NCBI GenBank assembly: GCA_036339465.1
Contig: JAYZAY010000019.1
Coordinates: 1 to 16,537 of the forward strand
Direction of reading: 5' to 3'
Length of the DNA stretch: 16,537 nucleotides
DNA from: Myxococcota bacterium
Lineage (GTDB): Bacteria > Myxococcota > XYA12-FULL-58-9 > JABJBS01
The position numbers and the translations under genes were made by a program. Within the stretch, counting starts at the first letter, position 1. Each line of letters opens with the position of its first letter. Of the stretch, positions 1 through 8,884 are shown piece after piece. The notes beneath the pieces were generated by a model. The model made no database searches. It saw nothing but the letters and a program-made list of their open reading frames with translations, and had not been told where the DNA came from.

Positions 1-438
1 ATAAAATGGCCCGAATCGTTCCAGTGCTCTCTATAGCGAATGTTGTGTTTCGAATCAAAATTGAAAACCGGGAGTGGGGGCTCTGGGGGGGGGCATTTTT
101 GCATCGTTCCAGGGGCGCTCACATCAATGGCGTGGCAAACAAAACCACAGTTTAAGAGCCTAGTAATGCTTTGGTGGCAAAATCTCCAAGAAATCTTGTG
201 GTGAATATGGATGTGTGTTGGCCAGTACCCAATGGACACATGGTTGCAATTTCGAGTGACAACTTTTGCGCATCGGTAAACAATTGTTAACAAGCTCCAA
301 TGATCCGAAATCGACAAACACGGGGAAAACTCTTACAATTGCCTCGTTTTTATTTCGGTTTAGTTCTTGCGTAATAGGCTGTCGATTACACGCGTTGTGC
401 GATATGCGAGGGGAAATTTACAGGACGAGAAAATAGAT

Positions 439-2706
439 ATGTTGTTTTATCGCCATTGGCAATTAGGCGGTGCGACCGCGGAGCCTCGCTTGCCCCTTAC
501 CAAGCTTACTCTCTTTGTGTGGGCAAGCATTATTGGTTTTGGTGGATGCCAAAAGGCGGTCGAAGTCAAAGTGGATGCGGAGAAAGAAGAGGCTGTTGTC
601 AACCTTCATTATAAAGCGGCGCTTCCTGCCAATCCTAAAATCCATGGGCCTTCTTTTGCGCGTTTGATGGCAGGGGAGAAGTATCGTCCTGAAATTCATC
701 AAGATGTCCAGACTTGTGTGCGTTGTCATCCAGACCATGTTGGACAATGGCGAGAGAGCATGCATGCATTCTCATCGTTTAATAACCCGCTCTATCGAAT
801 GGCGTTTGATGATTACGTCGGCAAAGTAGGACCTGAAAAGGCGGCTTTTTGTGGAGGTTGTCATGATACTTCCATGATCTTTGATGGGTCCATCGCCAAG
901 AAAATCGAACCCAACGACCCGCGTGCCCACACGGGCATTACGTGTAATGGTTGTCATGGGATTGTGAAGGCAACGACTACCGGGGTCGCGAGTTATGTTG
1001 TGACCACGACGCCAATCCCGATTCCCGAAGAAGGAAACCCCGAGAGTCTTGTGGCACACCGAGCTAGGGTGGGAATGAAGGGACTTCGTTCGGAGGCTAT
1101 GTGTATATCGTGTCATCGGGGATTTCTGTCAGAAGCATCCGGCCACGAGGTTTTTGTGCCCGCCTTGGATGAGTTTGGACCTTGGCGCCATTCGGCTTAT
1201 GCCAATAGCCACGCGGGTATTTTCGGAAAAACAGTGCAGCAGGCCACATGTGTGGATTGTCATATGAAGGAATACACGGAGCTTAAGCCCGATGGAAAAA
1301 TTGCCACACGGCATTCCCACCGTTTTGCAGGAGGGCATACAGCGTTTGCTGCAGCCATTGGCTCTAAACTTCAGTTGGCCAATCATCGTTCATTGGTGGA
1401 GAACGTGGCTTATTTGGATATTCCCTTACTGGGACAAGGGCGTGAGCCTGGTTATCCCTCTGAAGATCCATGGCAACCAAGCCCTGCCCATAAGGATATT
1501 TGGTTCGATGTAGTACTGGCGAATACGGGGGTGGCCCATCACTTTCCCGGGGGAGCGCGTGACCTACGTGATACTTGGTTGGAGGTTACTCTAGAAGACA
1601 AAGATGGTAAAATCATTGCAGAATCTGGTGCGGGTCACATTGAAGACCCAATAAAGGCGGACGCCCATATCCTGCATGCGGGTGTGGTCGATGAAAAGGG
1701 CCGATTGGTGAAATCCCATTCGGTCAGTCATTTTCGAACTGCGGCCTATGACCACACCATTGCACCCTTGGATGCACAGGTCATCCGTTATCGGTGGGCA
1801 CTGCCAAAAGGAGAGCAACTACCATCGGCATTTCGGATGAAGGCGAAGCTACACCAAAGGCGATTGAGCGAAGCTTTTCAGAATGCTGCCTGTGAGGCAT
1901 CCAAAACAAAACGAGGCGCTCTTTTCAATCAGGCGGCTCAGAAATACACCGGGTTGAAAGTGGATATTTGCACCGCCCAACCGGTGGTTCTTTTGGCCGA
2001 ACACGAAATTTTGGTTGATGGGGGTCAACATGTTCCTCAAAATTCCGAGGTGATGTGGGCGCGGTGGTATTGGCATGGTTTGGCGTCGTCTCATCTCTTG
2101 CAAGAAAAGTTGGATCAGGCGGTGAATAGTTTTAGGCGCGCTCAAAAGTTCACGGGTCAGGGCCCAGGTTCCACCCATAAGGATGCCATGCTTCGAGCGG
2201 GTTTGGCCGATGTTTTGGTACGTCAGGGACGGGTGGAGGAAGCTCTTGAAGAGATCGCCAAAGTTTCATCGATTTACAAAGACCATCCCGCTTTGGCTAG
2301 AATCCGTGGGGACGCCATGGTAAAATTGTGGCGATATAAGGATGCCATTGAACCCTATAAATTGGCGGCCAAAAATGCCCCAAGAGACATGCGTTGTTGG
2401 AAGTCTTTGGCCACATCATACGGAAGTTTGAAACAATACCCAGAAGCATTGGATGCGGCGCAGAGGGGCCTTCAAATCGAACCTCGGAATGTGGATTTGT
2501 TGCGGGTTCAGATGTTGGCCTTGAATAAGCTCCGCCCCCAGAGTGAGCAGGCATTGGTGGCCCGAAAAACGTTTTTGGAATTCAAGCGAGATGAAGCGGC
2601 TCCTGAGATCAGAAGTCGATGTAGTGATGAGTCGAGTGTTTGTTTGAGGGAGCGTTTGCCTGGTCACGTTCATGAAATGCGTCGGGCTGAGGCAAAAGGA
2701 AATTGA
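439..2706 (+). CDS. Multiheme (5x CxxCH) c-type cytochrome with C-terminal TPR region, probable lipoprotein
   Basis: Five heme-binding motifs: CVRCH, CGGCH, CNGCH, CISCH, CVDCH. A QWRESMHA segment follows heme 1, typical of c554-like multiheme domains. A hydrophobic stretch ends in a lipobox-like IGFGG-C. TPR-like helices lie in the last ~200 aa. The ORF opens at TTG 367; ATG 439 is the preferred but uncertain start. Confidence 0.85.
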   Translation: MLFYRHWQLGGATAEPRLPLTKLTLFVWASIIGFGGCQKAVEVKVDAEKEEAVVNLHYKAALPANPKIHGPSFARLMAGEKYRPEIHQDVQTCVRCHPDHVGQWRESMHAFSSFNNPLYRMAFDDYVGKVGPEKAAFCGGCHDTSMIFDGSIAKKIEPNDPRAHTGITCNGCHGIVKATTTGVASYVVTTTPIPIPEEGNPESLVAHRARVGMKGLRSEAMCISCHRGFLSEASGHEVFVPALDEFGPWRHSAYANSHAGIFGKTVQQATCVDCHMKEYTELKPDGKIATRHSHRFAGGHTAFAAAIGSKLQLANHRSLVENVAYLDIPLLGQGREPGYPSEDPWQPSPAHKDIWFDVVLANTGVAHHFPGGARDLRDTWLEVTLEDKDGKIIAESGAGHIEDPIKADAHILHAGVVDEKGRLVKSHSVSHFRTAAYDHTIAPLDAQVIRYRWALPKGEQLPSAFRMKAKLHQRRLSEAFQNAACEASKTKRGALFNQAAQKYTGLKVDICTAQPVVLLAEHEILVDGGQHVPQNSEVMWARWYWHGLASSHLLQEKLDQAVNSFRRAQKFTGQGPGSTHKDAMLRAGLADVLVRQGRVEEALEEIAKVSSIYKDHPALARIRGDAMVKLWRYKDAIEPYKLAAKNAPRDMRCWKSLATSYGSLKQYPEALDAAQRGLQIEPRNVDLLRVQMLALNKLRPQSEQALVARKTFLEFKRDEAAPEIRSRCSDESSVCLRERLPGHVHEMRRAEAKGN

Positions 2707-2756
2707 TGATGGATTTAGAAGGTCGAAAAATCTCACAACCCATGAGGAGAAATAAA

Positions 2757-4460
2757 ATGCAGCGTTTTTTGAGAAAAAAAGCTCGGTGGTTAACAGTGAT
2801 GATTTCTGGTGCTGCCTGCTTATTGGCAGGAGGGAATGCTCAAGCTTTCTGCGGCTTTTATGTTGCGGGTGGTGAGAGCAGCCTCTTTAACGATGCCACC
2901 CAGGTGGTGTTGATGCGGGACGGAACCAAAACTGTGCTCTCTATGCAAAACAACTACAAAGGCCCCCCTGAAAATTTTGCCATGGTGACCCCGGTCCCCC
3001 AGGTGTTGCAACAAGAGAACGTGAAAACGCTATCGCCTGATGTATTCAAGAAAATCGATACCCTGACGGCACCTCGACTCGTTGAGTATTGGGAGAAGGA
3101 CCCCTGTGAACCGGAATATATGGAGCGAGATGGGGTGATGATGGCTACTGCCGACAGTGCAGGAGGTGTGCCAGAAAGCGCCGTTCAGATAGAGGCCCAA
3201 TTTGAAGTGGGCGAATATGAGATTGTTGTTTTGAGTACGGGCGATTCCACGGCTCTGGAAACATGGTTGGTGGACAACCAGTACAATATTCCAAGCGGTG
3301 CAGACACTTATTTTGAACCCTACGTTGAAAGTGGGATGTATTTCTTTGTGGCCAAGGTGAAAACGGAAAAGGTAACCATGGAAGATGGCCGAGCTGTTTT
3401 ATCCCCACTGCGATTCCATTATGATTCCACGGAATTTAGCCTTCCCATTCGTCTGGGATTGATCAACTCCAGTGGCAGCCAGGATCTCATTGTTTATACC
3501 CTAGGCAAAAATCAGCGCTATGACGTTGCAAACCGCGAAAACTTAACTATCCCCACCAATATCGAAGTCATCAACGACGTTCGAAACAGCTTTGGAGAGT
3601 TTTACCGAACCCTCTTTGCTGAAACCATCGCTCAGAACCCCGGCGCAGCGGTGACTGAGTACTCTTGGGACGCAGGCAGTTGTGACCCTTGTCCGGGTCC
3701 CACTTTGAATCAAGAAGACTATATGACCTTTGGGGCAGATGTGTTGAATTCCGACGATAGCATGTGGGCTTCTTGGGTGGTAACCCGACTTCATGTTCGT
3801 TATGATTCCAACACCATTGGTGACGATTTGGTTTTTCGGGCAGCGCCGCCCATTGCTGGGGGTAGAGAACGTTACACGAGTCCCAATCTTCTTGAGACGG
3901 GTTCGATTTCTTCTAATGTCAACAATTTCCAGGGGCGCTATATCATTCGTCATCCATGGGAAGGGCCTGTGGAATGCGATGACCCCGGCACCGATAGACG
4001 CTGGGGTGGCCAAGGTGGCAGCGATTCGGTGAGTGCTCAAGCCGCCGTCAGCCCGAATTCAGGTGGCGTGGCCCCGCCCGCGGCAAATCAAAGCGACACC
4101 AGCAATACCGAGAGCAGTAACACCAATACAGGCACCGACACCAGTGAAGGCACCGACACCAGTAATACTGAGAGCAGTAACACCAATACAGGCACCGACA
4201 CCAGCAATACGGGTAACGGCGCACAAACGCAGAGTCCAAGTAAATTACCTTCCAACGATTTGAAAGATTTGGTCTACGATGAAATCCCCGAGCTAAATGT
4301 GATTCCCACCGCGACGAGTCCAGCTTTGATTGCTCCGGAGGCTACAGGCTGTGCCTGTTCTTCCAGTGATACGGCGGCGGGTTCTGGGATTCTTCTTTTG
4401 ACTTTTGGCATGACTTATTATTGGGTCTATCGCCGGCGTAGAATATTTGAACGGGTCTAA
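2757..4460 (+). CDS. DUF2330 domain protein with S/T/N-rich linker and MYXO-CTERM-like sorting signal
   Basis: RBS GAGGAG lies just upstream of ATG 2757. A signal peptide ending AQA is followed by FCGFYVAG...LFNDATQVVL, with GEYEIVVLS, LPIRLG and SCDPC motifs typical of DUF2330. The C-terminus is GCAC + TM helix + RRRR. Confidence 0.88.
   Translation: MQRFLRKKARWLTVMISGAACLLAGGNAQAFCGFYVAGGESSLFNDATQVVLMRDGTKTVLSMQNNYKGPPENFAMVTPVPQVLQQENVKTLSPDVFKKIDTLTAPRLVEYWEKDPCEPEYMERDGVMMATADSAGGVPESAVQIEAQFEVGEYEIVVLSTGDSTALETWLVDNQYNIPSGADTYFEPYVESGMYFFVAKVKTEKVTMEDGRAVLSPLRFHYDSTEFSLPIRLGLINSSGSQDLIVYTLGKNQRYDVANRENLTIPTNIEVINDVRNSFGEFYRTLFAETIAQNPGAAVTEYSWDAGSCDPCPGPTLNQEDYMTFGADVLNSDDSMWASWVVTRLHVRYDSNTIGDDLVFRAAPPIAGGRERYTSPNLLETGSISSNVNNFQGRYIIRHPWEGPVECDDPGTDRRWGGQGGSDSVSAQAAVSPNSGGVAPPAANQSDTSNTESSNTNTGTDTSEGTDTSNTESSNTNTGTDTSNTGNGAQTQSPSKLPSNDLKDLVYDEIPELNVIPTATSPALIAPEATGCACSSSDTAAGSGILLLTFGMTYYWVYRRRRIFERV
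4094..4210 (+). repeat. Intragenic tandem duplication, 60-bp period, encoding DTSNTESSNTNTGTDTS twice
   Basis: 4094-4144 and 4154-4204 are identical except for two synonymous substitutions (agc/agt, acc/act). The GACACCAG subunit occurs four times. Confidence 0.9.
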
Positions 4461-4582
4461 AGGTCGCTTAAGAACGCCCCCCAGCGAGGACGATACGCTT
4501 AGCCCCATGATTTTGTGGTTTTTATGCTTTGCCGCCAATTGAGGTCTTGCATTTCTTTACTTGCTTCATTAGCTCTTTCTCG

Positions 4583-5119
4583 ATGATCCGACATCCCCTC
4601 CACACACCCGTGCCTGACCATTGGTCTGTTAAAGATGCCCTAAGTTCTTATTTAAATGAAAATGGATTTACGGTAGAGGAATACGACGCGGATGTGGTGA
4701 GGGTGACCTTTTGGGGCATCACATTTCCGGTGCCGAATCCCCCACAACGTAAAATCGCGGTGCGTTTCCATGATCTACATCATATCATGACCGGCTTTGG
4801 CACAGATCCCACCGGGGAAGGTGAGATTTCCGCTTGGGAGCTCCGACGGGGTGTGGGCGTTTTTGGCTTTTACGTGCGGTGTATCGTTTTTTTTGGCGCC
4901 GTCATGGGTTGTCTTCATAGCCCTCGGCGGACTCTCAAAGCTTGGCGAGCAGCCCGCAGTTCTTTGGGGCTGCGTCCAGCCACCATGGCGGGTTATCTCG
5001 AACTTCTCGAACTCACCGTCGGTGATTTACGTGCTATGTATGATGTTTCCAGTCATGGCATTGCGGGTGCTCACAAGTTGCATTACGACGTGCCATCAGT
5101 GGAAAACCAGTCCACTTAA
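4583..5119 (+). CDS. Coq4-like metal-binding protein (HDxxH-x11-E)
   Basis: HDLHHIMTGFGTDPTGE matches the HDxxH-x11-E motif of the Coq4 family. The ATG 4583 start is uncertain because there is no clear RBS. Confidence 0.65.
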   Translation: MIRHPLHTPVPDHWSVKDALSSYLNENGFTVEEYDADVVRVTFWGITFPVPNPPQRKIAVRFHDLHHIMTGFGTDPTGEGEISAWELRRGVGVFGFYVRCIVFFGAVMGCLHSPRRTLKAWRAARSSLGLRPATMAGYLELLELTVGDLRAMYDVSSHGIAGAHKLHYDVPSVENQST

Positions 5120-5201
5120 CCTTGACTGGCTAGATTTTGAATTCGATGGTGTGACGCGGCTAGGGCCCAAATTTTGGGGTATGCAAGAAGGGATACTTGG
5201 A

Positions 5202-5495
5202 ATGACGAAAGCTTGGCTTGGACGACTTCGGTTCATCGCCCTATTGGAGGGTGTTTTGTATGGGATTTTGCTCGCTGTGGCGATGCCCCTAAAATATTTT
5301 TATGGCATACCCATAGCGGTACGATTTTTCGGTATCCTACACGGATTGTTCTTTATCGTCTTGGTGTTCACCCTCTTGCAGGCCCATGTGGCCTATGGAT
5401 GGAGACTCAAATTTAGCGCCCAAGTATTTGTGGCTTCTCTGATCCCCCTCGGAGCGTTTTGGATGGATCGGCGCCTGAAAACTTTGGAGGCGTAA
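5202..5495 (+). CDS. DUF3817 family small integral membrane protein
   Basis: RFIALLEG...AMPLKY...GILHG...ASLIPLG motifs and three hydrophobic segments. An alternative ATG lies at 5181. Confidence 0.85.
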   Translation: MTKAWLGRLRFIALLEGVLYGILLAVAMPLKYFYGIPIAVRFFGILHGLFFIVLVFTLLQAHVAYGWRLKFSAQVFVASLIPLGAFWMDRRLKTLEA

Positions 5496-5906
5496 GCATT
5501 GGGATAGTATTGGGGGCTCTGGTACTTCTTCAGAAGGGTTTCCTCAATCGCGAGTTTCCACGTTACCAGTATCGTCACCTAATGTGGGAACAAGCCGGGC
5601 TGAAAGACACCACCTTTAAGATACAGGTGGAGATTTTACTCCAATGCGTGACGAATATTTCGTTTTTTGCTTTGCCTGCCTTTGTGATGGGCTTTAATCC
5701 TGAGCCAAATCTCTCGATTTGGGAGTTCATTGGCCTCGGGGTGTGGATTACTTTATCTTTCCCGGGAGATGTCTCGGTTTTTGGTGTACCGCACGGGGGC
5801 GGAGCCAACGGAATATTTTTCGGTGCAAAAACGGCTCGATTATAAACGAGATAAAGAGACAACGAATCGATTTTTCCCCGGCCCCACCCGTTCTAAGGGC
5901 GTCTAG
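5496..5906 (+). pseudogene. Remnant of a DUF1295 (steroid 5-alpha-reductase-like) membrane protein gene with 5' truncation and internal deletion/frameshift
   Basis: One frame gives EFPRYQY...QCVTNISFFALPAF...LSIWEFIGLGVW. From about 5745 a different frame gives GLLYLSREMSRFLVYRTGAEPTEYFSVQKRLDYKRDKETTNRFFPG up to stop 5904-5906, which resembles a DUF1295 C-terminus. The central GLW..SRHPNYF motif is absent and there is no plausible start. Confidence 0.65.
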
Positions 5907-6014
5907 GTCGAAAATCCGGATGCACTTCCACCCTCTACTCTACCACGCTGCATTGCCATCGCGAAACTCGCCTGCTAAGGGCGCCTCAGGCTTCACACAA
6001 CCGAGGAAGATGCC

Positions 6015-7622
6015 ATGATTTCGACCGATAGGCTAACACTCTCTTTTGGGGGGCGCATCCTCTTTGAGAACGTCAATATAAAATTCACGCCAGGCAATGC
6101 CTATGGGCTGATTGGGGCCAATGGTGCGGGTAAATCCACCTTTCTAAAATGCCTTGCGGGTGAGCAGGAGTTAACCTCGGGTTCAGTGACCATTCCCGGG
6201 GGTCTTCGCCTCAGCATGCTTCGCCAAAATCACTTTGAATTTAACGAGGTGAAGGTGATCGATACCGTGATTCAAGGACATTCCCGACTCTGGCAAATCA
6301 TGCAGGAGAAAGATGCGATTTATGCCAAGCCCGACTTCAATGACGACGATGGCATGCGTGCGGCCGAATTAGAGGTGGAATTCGCAGATATGGAGGGCTG
6401 GGAAGCCGAGGCCAAGGCCGGGCAGCTACTGGCGGCTTTGGATATTTCTACTGAACATCAAGAGATGCTCATGAAAGACGTTTCCGATAACGAGAAAGTC
6501 AGGGTTCTTTTGGCCCAAGCTCTCTTTGGAAATCCGGATGTTTTGCTTCTTGATGAGCCCACCAACCACTTGGATGTCGATTCCATTTTATGGCTGGAAA
6601 ACTTTCTCCTAAACTTCAAGAATACGGTGATCGTGGTTTCCCACGACCGACACTTTCTCGACAAGGTGTGTACGCATATCGCAGATGTGGATTTCCAGGC
6701 TGTGAATCTTTTCAGTGGCAACTATACTTTTTGGTACGAAACCAGCCAACTGGCTCTCCAACAACGTCAGTCGTCCAACAAGAAAAAAGAAGATAAGATG
6801 AAGGAATTGAAATCCTTTATTCAACGTTTTAGTGCCAATGCCTCTAAGTCTAAGCAAGCCACGTCCCGCAAGGTTCTTCTCGATAAAATTACCCTCGATG
6901 ACATCAAGCCTTCTTCCCGCAAATATCCCTACATTGTTTTCCGGCCGGAAAGGGATTTGGGAAAGGAGGTCCTCTTCCTTGAACAGGCCACGAAGTCTGC
7001 GGCTGGGCAAGTTCTATTTAAAAACCTTCAACTCAATGTTGGAAAAGGAGAGAGGGTGGCGCTGGTGGGACCAGACCACGCAGTTACCACACTCATGGAA
7101 GTATTAGCGGGTGAAAGCGAACTGGATAGCGGTGGGGTTCGGTGGGGGCATTCAACGATTCGCGGTTATCTTCCAAAGGACAATGAGCCTTATTTTGATA
7201 CCGACCTAAGCCTCATCAACTGGCTCCGTCAATACACTGACGAAGTAGAAGAGAATTTTGTCAGGGGATTCTTGGGGCGAATGCTCTTTAGTGGTGATGA
7301 AGCCATGAAAAGCGCGAATGTCCTCTCCGGAGGAGAAAAGATGCGCTGCATGATGGCGCGAATCATGTTGAACAATCCAAATGTTGTGCTTCTAGACAGT
7401 CCCACAAATCACCTCGATCTCGAATCAATCACCGCACTTAATAAAGCCTTGGAGCTATTTAAGGGGACCATGATCTTTGTGTCCGATGATGTGGAATTCG
7501 CCAGCACGTTGGCCACGCGAATTATCGAGCTCGATGGTGAAAACCACTACGACCTTCACATGTCTTATTCCGAGTATCTCACAGACGAAGATCGTTTGGC
7601 CCGACATGGGCACAGGATTTAG
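6015..7622 (+). CDS. ABC-F family ATP-binding protein (YbiT/YkpA-like)
   Basis: Two ABC domains and no TM segments. NBD1 has GANGAGKST, LLLDEPTNHLD and VSHDRHFL. The linker has FIQRFSANASKSKQATSR. NBD2 has LSGGEK. RBS GAGGA precedes the start. Confidence 0.93.
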   Translation: MISTDRLTLSFGGRILFENVNIKFTPGNAYGLIGANGAGKSTFLKCLAGEQELTSGSVTIPGGLRLSMLRQNHFEFNEVKVIDTVIQGHSRLWQIMQEKDAIYAKPDFNDDDGMRAAELEVEFADMEGWEAEAKAGQLLAALDISTEHQEMLMKDVSDNEKVRVLLAQALFGNPDVLLLDEPTNHLDVDSILWLENFLLNFKNTVIVVSHDRHFLDKVCTHIADVDFQAVNLFSGNYTFWYETSQLALQQRQSSNKKKEDKMKELKSFIQRFSANASKSKQATSRKVLLDKITLDDIKPSSRKYPYIVFRPERDLGKEVLFLEQATKSAAGQVLFKNLQLNVGKGERVALVGPDHAVTTLMEVLAGESELDSGGVRWGHSTIRGYLPKDNEPYFDTDLSLINWLRQYTDEVEENFVRGFLGRMLFSGDEAMKSANVLSGGEKMRCMMARIMLNNPNVVLLDSPTNHLDLESITALNKALELFKGTMIFVSDDVEFASTLATRIIELDGENHYDLHMSYSEYLTDEDRLARHGHRI

Positions 7623-7700
7623 TGTCGGGGGCATGAATCTTCCCAAGAATTATTCTGGGCTTGGTTGATATATATTGACTCGGCTCAATATTATCCGGGA

Positions 7701-8846
7701 ATGGGAAGACTTATATTTGCGATTTTGTGGGCGATGATTCTCGGTGCTTGTAGGGCCCCCACGGACAATCAAGACATGAAATCACCTGATGTTCTTGGGC
7801 AACACGGCGTCGGTTATTTCTCTTTCACCGCCATTGATTCTCAGCGAGGTGGCCGGAGTTTACCGGTGGACCTTTGGTATCCGGTGGACTTAAAACAATC
7901 TCACACTGCGACAATAATTAAATACCCCCTCGCACCCGGTATAGGAATGGAATCAAAGGTGGCAGTGGAGGGTCTACCTGTCTATCCCGATTCGCAGCAT
8001 ACCTTATTGATATTTTCCCACGGTTATGGGGGAATAAGCCGTCAATCGGTGGATCTTATGGAAACCTTGGCGAGTCACGGTTTCATTGTGATATCGCCGG
8101 AACATACGGGTAATTCACAGATAACCAACACCGATACCTTCGACGATGCGGCTCGGAATCGGGTACCGGATATTTCATTTCTAATCGATACCATGATAAA
8201 GCGAAATCGAGACACCCGTGACTTGCTTTATCAGCGCATCGCCGAAGAAAAAGTCGGGGTCTTGGGACACTCTTTTGGTGGAATGACCGCCATCGGGACT
8301 GCTGCGGGATGGGCAGAAGCAAAGGCGGACTCGAGGGTGGCGGCGATCGCTTCCATCTCAGCGGTGATCGATTCAAAAAAACCGGAAGATGAACGCACCA
8401 GTCCCTATGGGGGATTCAGCGGTGAACAACTGGCCACCATCAAAGTGCCGGTTCTTTTGGTGGGAGGCACCAAAGATAAAGACGTTCCCATCGAGAACAA
8501 TGCCCTGGCCTTCGCACAAATGGTCCAAGCACCAAGATTATACAATGTGGCCATTCGAGGAGCGAACCACACGCATTTTACGAATGTTTGCTCTATTGGG
8601 GAATATCTGATCGATTTGGGAATTGGTCAGGAGCTGTGGCCGACCATCGGCGCGAATGACTTGATAAACCCGTATCTATCAACCTGTGGTGAAGATGCTT
8701 TGCCCATGCCCATGCTAAACAGACTCTTAAATCGTTACGTGGTTTCTTTCTTTAGGCACCATCTCTTGGGTGAGGCGGGTTATGGCGACTATTTGACAAA
8801 GGAAGCTGCTGATAGGGAATCGACCATAGAATTTTCGCGTCAATAA
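7701..8846 (+). CDS. Alpha/beta hydrolase lipoprotein (PAF-acetylhydrolase/dienelactone-hydrolase-like)
   Basis: Signal peptide with lipobox LGAC. Motifs RSLPVDLWYP, FSHGYGG and LASHGF. Nucleophile GHSFGG, Asp in GGTKD and His in GANHTHF. Confidence 0.88.
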   Translation: MGRLIFAILWAMILGACRAPTDNQDMKSPDVLGQHGVGYFSFTAIDSQRGGRSLPVDLWYPVDLKQSHTATIIKYPLAPGIGMESKVAVEGLPVYPDSQHTLLIFSHGYGGISRQSVDLMETLASHGFIVISPEHTGNSQITNTDTFDDAARNRVPDISFLIDTMIKRNRDTRDLLYQRIAEEKVGVLGHSFGGMTAIGTAAGWAEAKADSRVAAIASISAVIDSKKPEDERTSPYGGFSGEQLATIKVPVLLVGGTKDKDVPIENNALAFAQMVQAPRLYNVAIRGANHTHFTNVCSIGEYLIDLGIGQELWPTIGANDLINPYLSTCGEDALPMPMLNRLLNRYVVSFFRHHLLGEAGYGDYLTKEAADRESTIEFSRQ

Positions 8847-8884
8847 AATTCTGATGAGATCAAACTCAAGGTGTTTGTGGGGCG

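Noticed and set aside
1..240. Possible minus-strand gene start running off the left edge (MQKCPPPEPPLPVFNFDSKH...) across a G9 tract at 85-93
   Set aside because: Too short, with no RBS or recognisable motif. Phase variation at the G tract cannot be supported.
4094..4210. Repeats as a CRISPR array
   Set aside because: In-frame coding duplication with no unique spacers and no cas genes.
4797..5201. N-terminal extension of the 232-aa ORF
   Set aside because: It overlaps the Coq4-like gene in another frame. DUF3817 similarity begins only near 5202.
5459..6018. ORFs 5459-5845 and 5719-6018 as intact genes
   Set aside because: Better explained as pseudogene pieces and shadow frames.
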